From: Dendrobates tinctorius
Taxonomy: Eukaryota
DNA: 64,000 bases
Assembly (NCBI RefSeq): GCF_039654945.1
Contig: NW_027361844.1
Location: 19,282,001-19,346,000, forward strand
Reading direction: 5' to 3'
How positions within the stretch are numbered: position 1 is the first letter of the stretch; each line of letters starts with the position of its first letter. The translations under genes were made by a program, and so were the position numbers. Shown piece after piece: positions 11,960 through 26,532 of this stretch. The notes beneath the pieces are model-generated. The model saw only the letters and a program-made list of their open reading frames with translations. It was not told the origin of the DNA and searched no databases.

Positions 11960-13589
11960 CAGTGGGTATGGAAAGTATTCAGACCCCTTTAAATTTTTCA
12001 CTCTTTGTCTCATTGCAGCCATTTGGTAAATTCAAAAAAGTTCATTTTTTTCTCATTAATGTACACTCTGCACCCCATCTTGACTGAAAAAAACAGAAAT
12101 GTAGAAATGTTTGCAAATTTATTAAGAAAGAAAAATTGAAATATCACATGGTCCTAAGTATTCAAACTCTTTGCTCAGTACTGAGTAGAAGCACCCTTTT
12201 GAGCTAGTACAGCCATGAGTCTTCTTGGAAATGATGCAACAAGTTTCTCACACCTGGATTTGGGGATCCTCTGCCATTCTTCCTTGCAGATCCTCTCCAG
12301 TTCCATCAGGTTGGATGGTGAACATTAGTAGACAGCCATTTTCAGGTCTCTCCAGAGATGCTCAATTGGGTTTAGGTCAGGGCTCTGGCTGGGCCAGTCA
12401 AGAATGGTCACAGAGTTGTTCTGAAGCCACTCCTTTGCTATTTTAGCTATGTGCTTAGGGTCATTGTCTTGTTGGAAGGTGAACCTTCGACCAAATCTGA
12501 GGTCCAGAGCACTCTGGATGAGGTTTTCATCTAGGATATCTCTGTACTTGGTTGTATTCATGTTTCCTTCAATTGCAACTAGTTGTCCTGTCCCTGCAGG
12601 TGAAAAACACCCTCATAGCATGATGCTGCCACCACGTTTCACTGTTGGGATTGTATTGGGCAGGTGATGAGCAGTGCCTGGTTTTCTCCACACATACCGC
12701 TTAGAATTATCACCAAAAAGTTCTATCTTCATCTCATCAGACCAGAGAATCTTATTTCTCATAGTCTGGGAATCATTCATGTGTTTTTTAGCAAACTCTA
12801 TGTGGGCATTCATATGTCTTGCACTGAGCAGAGGCTTCCTTCAGATCACTGTGCCATAAATGGCCGACTGGTGGAGGGGTGCAGTGATAGTTGACTTTGT
12901 GGAACTTTCTCCCATCTCCCTACTTCATCTGTGGAGCTCAGCTACAGTGATTTTGGGGTCCTTCTTTACCTCTCTCACCAAGACTCTTCTCCCACGATTG
13001 CTCAGTTTGGCTGGACGGCCAGTTCTAGGAAGACTTCTGGTGGTCCCAAACTTCTTCTATTTAAGGATTATGGAGGCCACTGTGCTCTTAGGAACTTTGA
13101 GTACTGCAGAAATTCTTTTGTAACCTTGGACAGATCTGTGCCTTGCCACAATTCTGTCTCTGAGTTCCTTGGCCAGTTCCTTTGACCTCATGATTCTCAT
13201 TTAGTGTGACATGCACTGTGAGCTGTGAGGTCTTATATAGACAGGTGTGTGCCTTTACAAATCATGTCCTATCAGTTTAATTAAACACAGCTGGACTCCA
13301 ACGAAGGAGTAGAACCATCTCAAGGAGGATCACAAGGAAATGGACAGCAGGTGACTTAAATATGAGTGTCTGAGGAAAGGGTCTGAATACTTATGACCAT
13401 GTGATATTTCTGTTTTTCTTTTTTAATAAATTAGCAAAAATGTCTACATTTCTGTTTTTTTCAGTCAAGATGGGGTGCAGAGTGTACATTAATAAGAAAA
13501 AAATGAACTTTTTTTTAATTTACCAAACAGCTGCAATGAAACAAAGAGTGAAAAATTTAAATGGGTCCGAATACTTTCCGTACCCACTG
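11960..13589 (-). mobile_element. Full-length Tc1-like transposon with long (~200-bp) TIRs and TA TSD
   Basis: TA|CAGTGGGTATGGAAAGTATTC ... GAATACTTTCCGTACCCACTG|TA; 1630 bp. Confidence 0.92.
12175..13191 (-). pseudogene. Tc1 transposase pseudogene (frameshifts and stops)
   Basis: MRSKEL start; [11 protein letters not shown]; FQQDNDPKH..WPSQSPDLNPIEHLW in different frames. Confidence 0.9.
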
Positions 13590-13591
13590 TA

Positions 13592-14415
13592 TAATAATTT
13601 TATTGATATTGCGCCAATATATTTTGCAACATTTTACAATTAAGAGGGGAAATGTACAAACAATAAAGATCTAAGAGTAGTGCATAGTTCAACAGTTACC
13701 GGAGGGGGTGAGGGCCCTGTTCGCAAGCTTGCAATCTGTAAGGAAATAGGTAGAACATGCTTGTCGTGTATGGTCCAGCCATCATAATAAATGATTATGA
13801 TATAAAGTGTAATGATACAAAAATTACATCGGCCAGGATCTGTGTAAGGAGTCAGGACAGTTACCAATTGTTATTGGATGCATGGAGAATGTGTAGACAG
13901 ATGAATTGGAGGGACCAAATTATGAGGAAACAGGCAAAAGATACATCAGTGAGGTGAAAAGTCTGTCTAAATAGATGTGTTTTTAAAGCATACTTAAAAA
14001 TGTGGGAGCTAGGTATTAATTGGATCGTGCATGGTAGTTCAGCATGAAAAAAGACTTGGAAATAGAGGTGGGAGGTTTGGATTATAGTGAATGTTAGTCT
14101 AAGATCATTTGCGGAATGGAGAGCACAGGTAGAGTGATAGACAGAGATTAAGGAGGAGATACAGTGTGGTGCAGAACTGTGGAGAGCTTTGTGGGTGAGA
14201 GAGATACGTTTGTATTGTACTCTGTGTGCGAATGGACAACCAGTGCAGTGACTGGCACGAGGTGGAGGCTCCAGTGTAGAGCCTGGACAGAAATATGACT
14301 CATGACTGTCGCATTCCTAATGGATTGGAGAGGTGAAAGTTTGATTTGAGGGAAATCGATCAGTAGAGAGTTGCAGTAATCCAGACGACAATGAATAAGA
14401 GTGACAGGAAGAGTT
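13592..14415 (-). mobile_element. L2-like LINE 3' fragment
   Basis: Reverse complement resembles 55555-56290: AAAGCTCTCCACAG block and 3' tail ..ATATATTGGCGCAATATCAATAAA. Confidence 0.65.
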
Positions 14416-15954
14416 CCTACCTGTCTGTCCGGTTGGCAAAACAGCAGCGTCTCTTCTGCTCTGTTGACAGGTAATGACTGTCGACATCATGCTGTTTAAC
14501 ACTCAGCTCCCCACTGCATAACTGCGAGGAATCAGCTGCCAATCAGCATGACGTCAACAGTCAAGCCCCATCAAAAGAGCAGCCCGGAAGAGGAAGAGCT
14601 TCTCTTTTAACATTGAGCAACTGAATTGCTGGCAGGAGCGGTCAATAAATGCTCTGTGCCAGCAAAAGGTACAACAGATAGGCAGTTAACAACTACCTGC
14701 CTATTAGGTTATAGGCTTAAAGTAAAACAAATAGTCCTAGATAAAACCTACAAAATATGAGAAAATACATTGAAGCTATGCAGTACACAAACAGCATGAT
14801 TATCTGGATTTACTCATTAATCCATATCATCATCTTGTTTAATTATGTCAAATACCGTGAAGAATTCTGATTATTGTAATTATTCTGCTCTAGTAGGAAT
14901 GTATCATTAGAACAATGCATCCAAACTGCAGGGTGGGACAACACCTTGTGGCACTTTAGGTAAGGAGTCGTGCATGCCGGGAACCTCACCAAGGGTGGCT
15001 TCTATTATTTCTCTCTACGGGTTGTCCTGAGGGAAGAGTAGGCTGTCAGTGGGTAGTATCGCCCTGATAATAACACACCTCCCAGCACTGAGGAGTAACA
15101 AGGTAATTCCAGCAGGAGGTACACAATGTCAGTGTATTATACTTCAGTTAGGAACATGTTTGACAAGTCCAATGCTTCCAACTGCAGTAAATCATTAACA
15201 ACTGATGGCAGCTTAACACTGATCCAGATTGTAGTAGGTTAAATAAGCCCTGAGAAATCCAGGGAAGCTGTAAAACTGTCGATGTTCTTGAAGCAATAGC
15301 CTGGGTGAACCTATACTAATATATTAGGGATTTGTAAGGCTGATTGCAGCTTAGGATTCATTGCTTGTTTCATACAGCAAAATTTAGGATGTGTCCCCAC
15401 AGCTTTGCTTCTTAATATTATTAACTCCCAAGTGTTTGATTTTTCTAAACTACATGGTTTAGTCATAAAATAAAAATTATTTTATTGTGTTTGTAAACTT
15501 TTATGCTGAATTAAGTTGTGCTGTGTGAATGGTCACTAGTATACAGATCTGTTGTTTTTTGGGCTAAAAAATATCCCAAAAGAAGAGACATGAGACCACC
15601 AGCTTTGAAGAAAATAAAACATTTATTTTATTTTTTTTTATACTTTTTTTTATATTTTTCCAAAGCTGGTCATCTTGCACCACTCAGCTTGAGATATCAC
15701 AGACAATAAAATAGGTCACATCTGTTAAAAACAATAAATGCTTCCTGTCTGGTTGCTATAGCTATATCCCTGGATATTTATATATTTTTGTGAGTGCAGA
15801 CTAAATTGCGGCGTATATTAAATATAATTGTGTACTATATATTACGTGTGATGTTCAGTAAATGCATACATGTTGTTTTCTTACAAAAACAAGAATCTAA
15901 TGTAGTGATATTTATGCTTTTGCCTTGACAACCACATGAGAACATCCATTACTT

Positions 15955-17317
15955 ATACATTAAAAAAAGGAAACACTTAAACAACACAATGTAACTCCTA
16001 GTCATTCACACTTCTTTGAAAACAGCCTATCCAGTTATGAAGCAACACTGTGAATCAGTTTCTCCTGCAGTTGTGGAAATGGAACAAATAACAGGTAGAA
16101 ATTATAAGCAACTAGCAAGACAACCTATATAAAAGAGTGGTTCTGCAGGGGTCACCACAGACCATTTCTCTTTTCTTATCCTTTTTGACTGTTTTTTAGT
16201 CACTTTTGCATTTTGTCATTGCTCTCACCCATAGAGGTACCATAGCAAGAGGCAGTGTCTACAACCCACAGAAGTTGCTCAGGTAGTGCAGCTCAACCAG
16301 GATGGCACATCAATGCGAGCTGTGGCAACAAGGGAAGCTGTGTCTGTCAGGACAGTGTCCAGAGCATGGAGCAGATACCAGGAGACAAGACAGTACACCA
16401 GGGGATGTGGAGGCGGCCATAGGAGGGCAGCAAACCAGCAGCAAGACTGCTACCTCAAGGAGGAACAGGAGGAGCAGTGCCTGAGTCTTGCAAAATGACC
16501 TCCAGCAGGCTACTAACACTCCATGTGGGTGTTATGAGGGAAGGGCAATGGACATTTGCCAGAGAACACCAAAACTGGCAGATTTGACATTGGCGCAATG
16601 TGCTCTTCACGGATGAGAGCAGGATCACACTGAGCACATGACAGCACAGCCCTTCATGTGCTAGCCAGAGGTAACCTGACTGCCATTAGGTACCGGATGA
16701 GATCATCAGACCCCTTGTGAGAAGATATGCAGGTGCAGTAGGCCCTGGGTTCCTTCTGATGCATGACAATGCTAGGCCTCATGTGGCTGAAGTGTGTCAG
16801 CAGTTCTAGCATGATGAATGCATTGATGCTATGGACTGGACTGCCCGATGTCCAGACCTGAATCCACTCAAGCACACCTGGGACATAATGTCTTGTACCA
16901 TCCACCAACTCCACGTTGCACCACATATTGTCCAGAAGTTGAATGAGGTTTTAATTCAGATCCACAAGGAGATCCCTCAGTAGAACATCCTCCGCCTCAT
17001 CAGGAGCATGTCAGGCATTGTACCTAGGTCAAACAGGCACATGGAGGCCACACACACACTGCCAAGCATCATTTTCTTGTCTTGAGACAATTCCACTGAA
17101 GTTGGATCAGCCTATAATTTTCCACTTTGATTTTGAGTATAATTCCAAATCCAGACCTCCATGGGATATTAATTTTGATTTACACCAATCATTTTTATGT
17201 TTTATTGTTTTCAACTTATTCCACTATGTAATGAAAAAAGATTTAAAACTGGAATATTTCATTCAGTGATATCTAGTATGTGGTATTTTAGTGTTACCAT
17301 TACTTTTTTGAGCAGTC
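15955..17317 (+). mobile_element. Degenerate, internally deleted Tc1-like element
   Basis: Remnant motifs VLFTDESR and MHDNARPH..W..PDLNP. 3' TIR remnant GTGTTACCATTACTTTTTTGAGCAGT. Confidence 0.75.
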
Positions 17318-17698
17318 TATAATGCTGGCTACAACCACATAGCTGAATGGCAGCACACAATGGCAGAGGTGGACTGAAAATTAAAGAGGTTGTCTCCATA
17401 TCAAAAATGGATAAAGGCGCAAAATGCTTTTAAAAGCAAACAACATTGCAATTTTAATCTTATTACAAATACTTTTCAGTTAGACTTCTCCTAAACATAT
17501 TGACTGCAGCAAGATGTCTGATAGCTTCTCATTGGAAACAAACCTCCCGCTCGTCTATATTTGACTTATACACCAGAGGAAAGACATCAGAAATTTTGAT
17601 TATCGCACCTCTCTGAATGATGAAACGGTTGAGAGATTCAACCTCATTTAGTCTCTGTGGGACACCTTCTGGGGATTTCTGAATATTTAGGAACTTAA

Positions 17699-18091
17699 GG
17701 GCCTTTTACACATAGCGATATCGCTAAAGTGTCACCGATTTTGTGACGCAACAGCGATATCACTAGCGATCTCGATTTGTGTGACACGTACCTGCGACCG
17801 ACCCCCCTGCTGGATATCGCTGATCGCGCTCGAATGTCCTGGGCAATTTTTTCATCGTTGGCATCCCGCTGGCGCCGACTAGCGACGCATGGATGCAGGC
17901 AGGAGTCGTCATCATCGCTGCGGTGTGACAGGTAAGAGAGAACACCGACGGATCGCTTATTGCTGCTACGTCGCTGGTGAGATCTGCCTGTTTGGCAGCT
18001 CACTAGCGACCATTTAGCGATGCACCGGCGATCCTGACCAGGTCGTATCGTTGTCGGGATCGCTGGTGCATCGCTAAATGTAACGGGATCC
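17699..18091. mobile_element. PIF/Harbinger-like MITE
   Basis: TAA|GGGGCCTTTTACACATAGCGAT ... ATCGCTAAATGTAACGGGATCC|TTA. CpG-rich, with repeated AGCGAT/ATCGCT motifs. Confidence 0.6.
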
Positions 18092-19179
18092 TTATTCAAT
18101 AGGTCATAATTTCCTTACACTCTTCAACTCCTAATACCTTTACTTATCCCCTTTCCCTTCTGTCTATTTGTATGTCCCATATCTACCCCCCCTTTGTTTT
18201 TTAGTGTGATATATATATATATCTCTTTTAAGTAAAGCCTGATACTATTGGGAAGGTGGGAGGGGGACATTAATTGTGTGCTCTGGAGCTAATGACTAAT
18301 TTCCAGTGACAAATGCCATGGAAAAGGACAACAGCGCTGAGAAATGAACTGATTTAATCTTGGAGAGCAGTGGTCAGCAGTGAGCCATTACTGGATATCC
18401 ATCTCATTAGTTATTTCTTCTATAGTTCACTGGTTCTGCAGCACTCGGATCTAGTTGCTGTATAAGAGGGATTTAGACATGTGTACTTAGGGTGTTTTTA
18501 AATCTTTTTTTTGTAATCTTTGAAAAAAAAAGCTGCAAAAAAACTCATGTGTGAACCCAATTTGACCAATTTCTCTACCCATGATAGAACGGATTGGATG
18601 ATTAGCTCTGGGACACACTAGTTCTGTGATTCACGGGCTATGGGGCATTCAAGAAGTTACAGTATGTATTAATGCTCTACAGAGCTGCAACATATGGCCA
18701 AAGTGTATTATAGGATGTTAAAGTGGTTTTTCAGACTCTTAATATTCTTTATCTATTCTTGAGTATTTGACTAGGGGGAAAAAGCCAGAATTGGACAACC
18801 AAATATTAATGACCTCAGCTAGGGGCTCAACATCATTATTAAAGATCCAGAGAACCTCTTTACCTGTGTTTACCTTAGAACAAAAGGACTACAAGTTAAT
18901 GGTTGCCCTATTTGTATTCAGTCTTTTAAGATTGTATTCTGTTATTTATTCTTTCTCTTGGTCTGATAGGTAGACTTCTAAAGGTAATAACCACATATAG
19001 CATTACATTGCCTATCTCTGTGGTCTCCTACCACATCAGAAACTTTATATTACACTGACCACTATAGAATATTTATCATCCTACTATATTGCAAATGTAG
19101 CTATTCTGCCTAGTAAGGGATAGGATGGGACAGAATCCCCCTTGTGATGTGACAGGCAATATTAGTGAACAGTCTTTAA

Positions 19180-19594
19180 AGGAAATCTGTTACCAGCATT
19201 TTACTATGTCATCAGAGAGCAGTGTAATGCAGGGAAAGAGACCCTGATTCCAGAGATGTATCACTTACTTTACTGGGTGCAGCAGTTGTGACACAATCAG
19301 AGTTCTCAGATGCAGCATGCAGCAGAGCTCAAAAAAACTAAGCCTGCCCACACCATAGCTCTCTATGTACATTGTCTATTGACAGTGAGCTGCTTATTAC
19401 AGGAATGGGTGTGGTCAGACAACTTGGCAGTAGGCAGCTAGTCCCAGCAATGATAATGACCTGGTGATAAAAGCTTCATTGTAAGTAAACTACAGCACAC
19501 AGCCTAATAAGTGACACATCGATTACTTTAGCATTTTAACCCCTACCTCATGATGTCCTCAGATTACATAGCAAAACCTGATGACTAATTTCCT
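19180..19594. mobile_element. T2/Kolobok-like MITE
   Basis: TTAA|AGGAAATCTG ... ATTTCCT|CTAA with imperfect terminal inverted repeats. Confidence 0.55.
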
Positions 19595-22500
19595 CTAATG
19601 CATGGATGATTTTTCTCATGTTGCACTCCCCACATATCTCTATTGTCTGTGCTTTTCAGATTTTTACACACAGAATTGGACTACAGACAAGACACTCAAT
19701 TGCCTCCAAATAACATTTTCCTACATGTTAAGTTACCTCAATATACAAGAAAAGTTTATTTTCAAGAATTCTTGGAATAACTATTCAAATAATTAGAATA
19801 GGTTCCCAAGAGTAAACAAACAGGCTGAAAAATGAAAAGAAATAAAAAAATTTACTTTACTCACCTGTTAAATTATATGCTGCTCTAGCGATCACTATCT
19901 TGCCTTTGTTTATGTATGCAAGCAACACTGATGTACTGTTATTATAAGCATAAGCACTGCAGCCAGTGACAGGCGGTAGTGGTCACTGTCATCACTGCTT
20001 GCACATAAAACAGCCGGAAAAGCAAGAAAATTCTGTAGGTTTTCACTGGTATTTGAATCTTATTATATGTCTGCTAGTCAGTAGCTTTTTTTTTTTATTT
20101 TTAAGATCATGTTTATACAATGCATTTACAATGTACGGTATTTTTTTGTAAAAGAAAAAAAATCGAGAATATTGCGGCGTATTGCGGAACCTAAATATTC
20201 CCTTTATGTGATATCACAGTAATATTAATAAAAACAATAATTGGGGTGAACACCCATCACCTCTGGCTAATATTCTATGCTTACATCTGATTAGCACAAC
20301 CAGATATTCATACAAAGTAACAGGACTTAAGGTATCACCTTCTGCACAACTCCTTTCAGAGATCCTCAGTACATGCCCAGTTAGGATGACTTGAGGACTT
20401 CACGTAAGATAAATGGTTCTTTAAAAAAAAAAAAACTACCATGATAAATCCTTTGTGTTTTAATTGCTGCTAAAGACGATGCATAACGAAAATGTAATTC
20501 TCTTTAAAAAAAAAACACAAAGGTGACAGGTCTCCTCTGAAAGGAACATCTTGCTGAATGGAAAATAGGACATTTCTGTAAGAGGCTTTACTTGATGTAA
20601 AATGATAACCGCTCAGTCACCCTTTTGCTAGCCCTCGTAATTATCATATATTGTATTTCCCAGGCAGTGGCATAGTAGCCTGATTCACAGTTGTGAACAC
20701 TATCATTATCGTCCAACTTTAAGGAGAAAGTATCAAGGGCCTAAATTCTGTTCACTCTGAAATAAATTCTCTGAGAAGTTTGGCTCTGACTTTTCGGTTG
20801 AATTACAAGGTCTCCTGCTGATGAGTTGTCAGCTGTCACCTGGCTCCTTGGAATAAGGCAATGAGGAGATGGTGTCTGAAGGTCCATCTGGTAAACAGTT
20901 CCCAAAAAGTTACAGAATATTCACATGTACAGTAAGACAAGCAAGTGTTTAATAAATGCAACTAATGACAATGAGGTGTAAAGCGGAGGAGCATAAATGT
21001 TCCTACCTCGAAAACACAAACTGAGCAATTTCCATGAGCTGAAATCTCAGGGCACGGTGCTCTTTAATCAATGTGACACTTCTGCCTCTTTAGTAATATT
21101 ACGTGGCTTTTAGCACCCTAGTAGTGTTGGCGTTTCTCCACTTCACAACTAATGTGCAGTTGTCAAAATCTAACATTTTCAAGTTCCCCTGAATTGCATT
21201 GAAATCTCTGTTTCAAGGTGAAATCAAAGGCAGGAAAAGTCAAGTTCCAGCAATGCTCATAATATAACTTGATGTTCTTACCTGTGCATGGAGTCCATGA
21301 TTTCAGACCGATGGTTCCACTGAAGACAACCGAAAGAAAGACCAGCAGCAAGGTAGACATCAGTGGAGTTTTTCAAACTTGGGGTCCATGTACAATTTTC
21401 ACAAATCTCCGTCACTGGCTAAGCCAACACTCTAATATCGAGCTAGGACTTGAGTCTTCATGGCCCATCAAAATTCATACATTCCTTAGTTAAATGGACT
21501 TGATCATGATTTGGTACTACCACTGTACACGCACAGTATGAAATAATCCTATCATTGTGAACAAGCATCAAGCAGCAGGGACTATACCTGGAAATAGAGA
21601 ACCATTCCTGACCTCAGTTTGATGCTCAGAAAGTCTTTAAATGGTCTAGAGCCGACACACTGTAAATGTAAAGTGTAGGTGTTGCAGTCACAGCTGTTTG
21701 ATCAGGATACAACAGGTGAGCCTCTGCGTCTGAGGGATGAGCAGGTGAGTTTCCAAGCACAAGCTAAATATCCAGACATTTAAATGAGTTCCCAGTCATT
21801 TTCTCCTCTCTAGGATCTTTTCATCTTTTGCCCAGCCCTCCCCAGGTGAAGGAATTTCCCACTGTAAATGACTCTGCCCTTACAAAGAATATGTTACCAA
21901 CAAAGGCGGAGAAAGGTAAAAGCAGTGCACCTGAGTGTGTGCTTACTGCACGGGTCTCGGGAACATGAATGGAATGTATGTTCGCCTTTCCCAACGACGG
22001 CACAGGATCATAGTGATGCAGTGCTAGGGGACAGCAGTGCGGAGCAGAAAAGTAGTGGGGTTTTCTTTGCAGTGATCTTAGTGTTGGTTTATATTGTCAA
22101 GTGTAATCAGAATATATATATTAACGTAAGTAAATGATTGGGATATTTTTGGTCCTTATTGTAAATCACACCGTCTAAGGATAAAAAGTTTATTTCCAAG
22201 GCTTCTTCTTTTTCTTTTTTTCTTTTTTATTTTTATATAGCGCTAACATATTCCGCAGCACTTTACAGGCATGGCATAGTTAACCTGTGGATCATCACAC
22301 TGCAGAGGTGACCACCTTTAGACAGTCTGCATTATAAACTTTAAAGGGAACCTGTCAACCCCCCATGGCATTTTTAAGTAAAAGAGCCACCTTCAGCAGA
22401 AGGCTGCACTCTGTGAAGGTGGCTCTTCTGTTTCCGATCCCAAGAAACGCCGAAATATTGACTTTTATAACTTGCTCCCCATACCTGTATTGAGTCCCAT

Positions 22501-22737
22501 AGGTATGGTCTGTCCCCCTGTATCATCCTCCTCCCAGCCATCCATCATCCCCCTGTAGCGTCTGTGCGCCACCTCCTCCTGTGTTGCTGTTGGTGTTAGA
22601 TGCCGGTGGGCGCCTGCACTGTGCCAACAGTTCTCAGGCATGCGCAGTGTGCGCTGCCCGTGAACTGACATCAGGCTATCGCCCCTGCGTGTTACGGAGA
22701 CCTCAGCCCCGTAGTGTGAATACATCATAACACACAA

Positions 22738-23028
22738 GAGGTGGTGAGTTCTTCTACAATGGAAGTCTTCAAACAGAGGCTGGACAGACATGAGATGGTT
22801 TAGAAATCCTGTGCTGCTTTGAGCAGGGAGTTGGACATGATGACCCTGGAAGTCCCTTCCAACTCTAATATTCTATGATTCTATGGTGAGTTCTCTTTCA
22901 ATGGAAGTCTTGAAGCAGAGGCTGGACAGACAAATGTCTGAGATGCTTTAGTGAATCCTGCATTGAGCAGGGGGTTGAACACGATGACCCAGGAGGTCCC
23001 TTCCAACTCTAGCATTCTATGGTTCTAT
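22738..23028 (+). mobile_element. Two tandem CR1 LINE 3' ends
   Basis: Each ends GATGACCC..GTCCCTTCCAACTCTA..ATTCTATG, the CR1 (ATTCTRTG)n tail. Confidence 0.8.
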
Positions 23029-25858
23029 AATTTATCAGAATATATCTTCCTCATAAATAATAGGACACGAATTTAAAATCATCTAGAAAGACCAAGTGTA
23101 AATTGATATTTTGGGTGCAAATGTGAAAATTATTACCCATTCGTCGATATCACCATGCTGGTGAGCATCACCCTCTATCTTCTATATACTTTTTCCATTG
23201 TATACTGTTACACTTTGTGCATTCTGTTTTAATACAATACAGCTATGATCATTGGTTTATTGCTGAATTATGTATTGTTTATATGATCATTATCTCAATT
23301 ACCACTTTGAAGCAATATTGTGGAGTAGGTCAGAAGGATCCTGGGTTTCCAACAGTCCAGAAACTCTAGGACAGCCCGTAAAAATAGGGCACTTTTTTTT
23401 GCCTTCTCCGTAAAAAAAAGTTTGTGATTTTTTTAAGGCTGAAGAAACTTCTACAGATTGCTTTGACTGTAATTCTCATCATTTTACAGTGTCTAGTGTA
23501 TGCCGCTGATGTCTTCATATCAGATTTATGGGCTGTAGACATGGATCACTCATTTATTATGGTTTTCCAATGTGTCCAAAAAAAATATTGCTTGTCTGTG
23601 ATCTTTTCATAAGCTGTACAAAAAAAAGTCAAGTTGGCAACGCTGGTAGGATCATCTCCGGGTACTCAGAATGCTTCTTGGTTAAAAATGCTGAAGAATT
23701 TTGTTTATAAGTTTTATTATTCTTTCTGGTGATTAATATCGGGATCCAAGAAGTATCATTTCTCCTTTTCGGAAAGTGACATATTGGTGGTTAAAATAAG
23801 CTAGTTGGCTAAAGAGTTAATGTTGTATCAATGAGCGCAGGTTATATCCCAGCTGCAGCAGAGATGAAAAGCTTGGATATGTTTGTTGACCCACTGAGCC
23901 ATGAAGTCCTACACTAGTAGCTTAAGAAATGCCGACATTTCCATTGCTATCCGACCACGCACTTCTCAAGTCAAACATTAACAGCTTAGTTATGAGATTT
24001 AGATTTACCCATAGATGTATGAAGCGATTTCACGTTGGGTGAAGGAAATAGATCACAAACTATAATAATTAATATTATGTTTGTTAAAAAAAAGTAATCA
24101 TGGAAAATGAGCACTTAAGGGGTTTTGTAATCATAAAACATGCACTGAAAAGCACAGTGGTTACTTATTCCAACAATTAAATTATTAAGATTTGTAGATT
24201 ACTACTTGGGTTGGTTAAAGAAGTTGCACAGGATTAGATAAACAAGGTCAGCTTTCTTTCTGTATGTGGCATTGTGGTCCCTCTTATTTCTATGGAGCTG
24301 AGCTGCAAGAACGCAGCAGAAATATAGCACTGAATAGAAAAAGCTTTGTAAATGCTATAAGACTTAGGCTATGTGCACACAACTTCTTTATTCTGAAAGC
24401 ATAGCTGTTGAGGATTTCTTATGTGAAGCTGTTAAAAAAAATGGCGTGGAGTCGTTTTCTTGAATTGGATTAGCTGGCTGTTCTGCAGTCGTTTTATGCA
24501 ATGGTTCCACCAATTGTGTGTATCTCCTTTCTTATTGGGGGCAGGGCTGGTCTCTGCTTTTCCTGCTTACCGGATTATCTCTTTATAATTTGCACTGACA
24601 GTCCGCTCTCTTGTAGGCTCGTCACTTCTCATTATAGCTGAAGCTGGCAAGGGAGCGCACTGTCATTGTGCATTAAAAAGGATATAGCACAGTGACAAGA
24701 TCCTACTGCATTGGTAAGCATTGCATACTCAGTAGAACAAAAACTAGCCCAGCCCCTGAAACAGACATCACTGATGACGCTTCACTTCAGGGTGGGATCA
24801 GAGATTGTGGCAGTGATTCGCAGCCTCTCACCCCTGATGACAGCTCTTTTGAGTATCTTAGCATGCACTAGGGATTCTCAAACGACACATCATCAAATAG
24901 GAAGTTGGTAAAATAAAACAAAGCAGTTATATAGCATAGTAAGTAGTGATGGGCAAGCACTAAAATGATCGGTCGCTCGTTGCTCAGGTCGAGCAAATTG
25001 GATAGCTCGGGTGCTTGACCCGAACAGCGAGCCCAATGTAAGTCTATGGGATACTCGAGCATTTTTCCGGTGGTCCCCCCCGGAGGTCTGCAGAGGGACT
25101 AGAAATTTCAGAAATCGATGGGAACAGTGCTCAAATGGCATGGGAATAGCATGAGGAAGACCCCTGGAAGCATTTCTGACTCCCAGGTCACTGCTGTGAA
25201 CAATGTTGTCAGAGTCTTACGCCACTTTTACAGACTCACAATAAAACATACAAAAACAAAAACAAAATGGATTTTCCTGGGAAATATATTAAGGAACATT
25301 CTTTCCAGGGTAATGACTTGTCAAAAACATAGTGTTTGCTTATGCAGTGAATGCAAGGGCTGCCAAAAGTTTGGACGCACCCCAATACCCCTTTGAAGAG
25401 ATGTACAGGAGCGCCTCATGAAAAAGTGTTCCCATTATTAGGAAGTGGGTCTCCCATAGTGTTTGCCTATGCAGTGAATGCAAGGCCTGCCAAAAATTTG
25501 GAGGCACTCCAATGCCCCTTGGAAGAGACGTGTAGGAGGGCCTCATAAAAAAATGTTAGAAAGGAGCGGGTCTCCTATACTTGTAATGCCCATGCACTAA
25601 GTGTTTGGCTGACAAATATTTACCCCTGGGGCGTATACTTGAACACACTGTCTATCAAATTGTTTTTATGGGCATCATAAACACCCTTTAAAAAAATTAT
25701 GTGGGTGTTGCATCACAGACCACAGTCACACTGTTGATATGGTGGTGGAGGATGAGGATGAGGAGAAGGAGGCTGACAACAGCAAATAGCCAAAATCAGG
25801 AAGCATATACCCATGTGTGGGTGTGAAGAGGTGCATGGGAATAGACCTGGATTTCAGT

Positions 25859-26532
25859 TTATGTTACGCTGCTATCATTCGGTGGTGTTGAGAAGTCTGT
25901 CCCAATCCAGTCCTTGTTCGTTTTTATAAGAATCAGCCTGTCAGAATTTACAGTTGACAGGCGGGTGCGCTTATCAGTTATAATTCCACTAGCAGCATTA
26001 AAATCCCACTCTGACAAAACACTAGCGTCAGAGCAAGCCAGGACCTCCAAGGTGTAGAAAGCCAATTCATACCACGCGTCCAGCTTGGATACCCAATAAT
26101 ATAAGACACAGAGGAATCATGGAGGACGTTGGTACGGTCAGCAAGGTACTCCCTCAGCATCTTCTCAAACTTTGCACTCCTTGTGAGAGTACCCCCTGCG
26201 CCTCAAGGCCTGTGTGATGGGAGGGTCTGAGAAAACTCTCCCAGAACTTTGCCAGTGTTCCCCAGCCTCTGCTGGATTGGAGTTGTGTCTCTCTCGCCTG
26301 TACTCCTTGGTTGTCCAATGAACTGTGACCTCTGCTGCCAGCGTTTTCAGATGGGAATTTTTTTAATCATTACGCAACAAGGGCCCTCTGGTACTGCCCC
26401 ATTATAGTAGACCAGTCGGCCTCGGGAACAAGAGATAGAAAGTTCTCCTTGTAGCATGGGTCTAGAAGTGTCACCAACCAGTAATGACTGTCACCTAAAA
26501 TTTTGAGAATGTGAGGGTCACGGGAAAGGCAG
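25859..26532 (-). pseudogene. hAT transposase C-terminal (dimerisation) remnant; continues at 40341-40701
   Basis: DSHYWLVTLLDPCYK and LEVLACSDASVLSEWDFNAASGIITDKRTRLS..DRLILIK, homologous to the C-terminus of the 31628-35161 ORF. Confidence 0.88.

Noticed and set aside
21163-21360. Signal-peptide-like MSTLLLVFLSVVFSG..SWTPCT, reminiscent of a TLR4 first exon
   Set aside because: The hydrophobic stretch coincides with a polypyrimidine tract/acceptor. No LRR-encoding downstream exon was found, so no gene assignment is justified.
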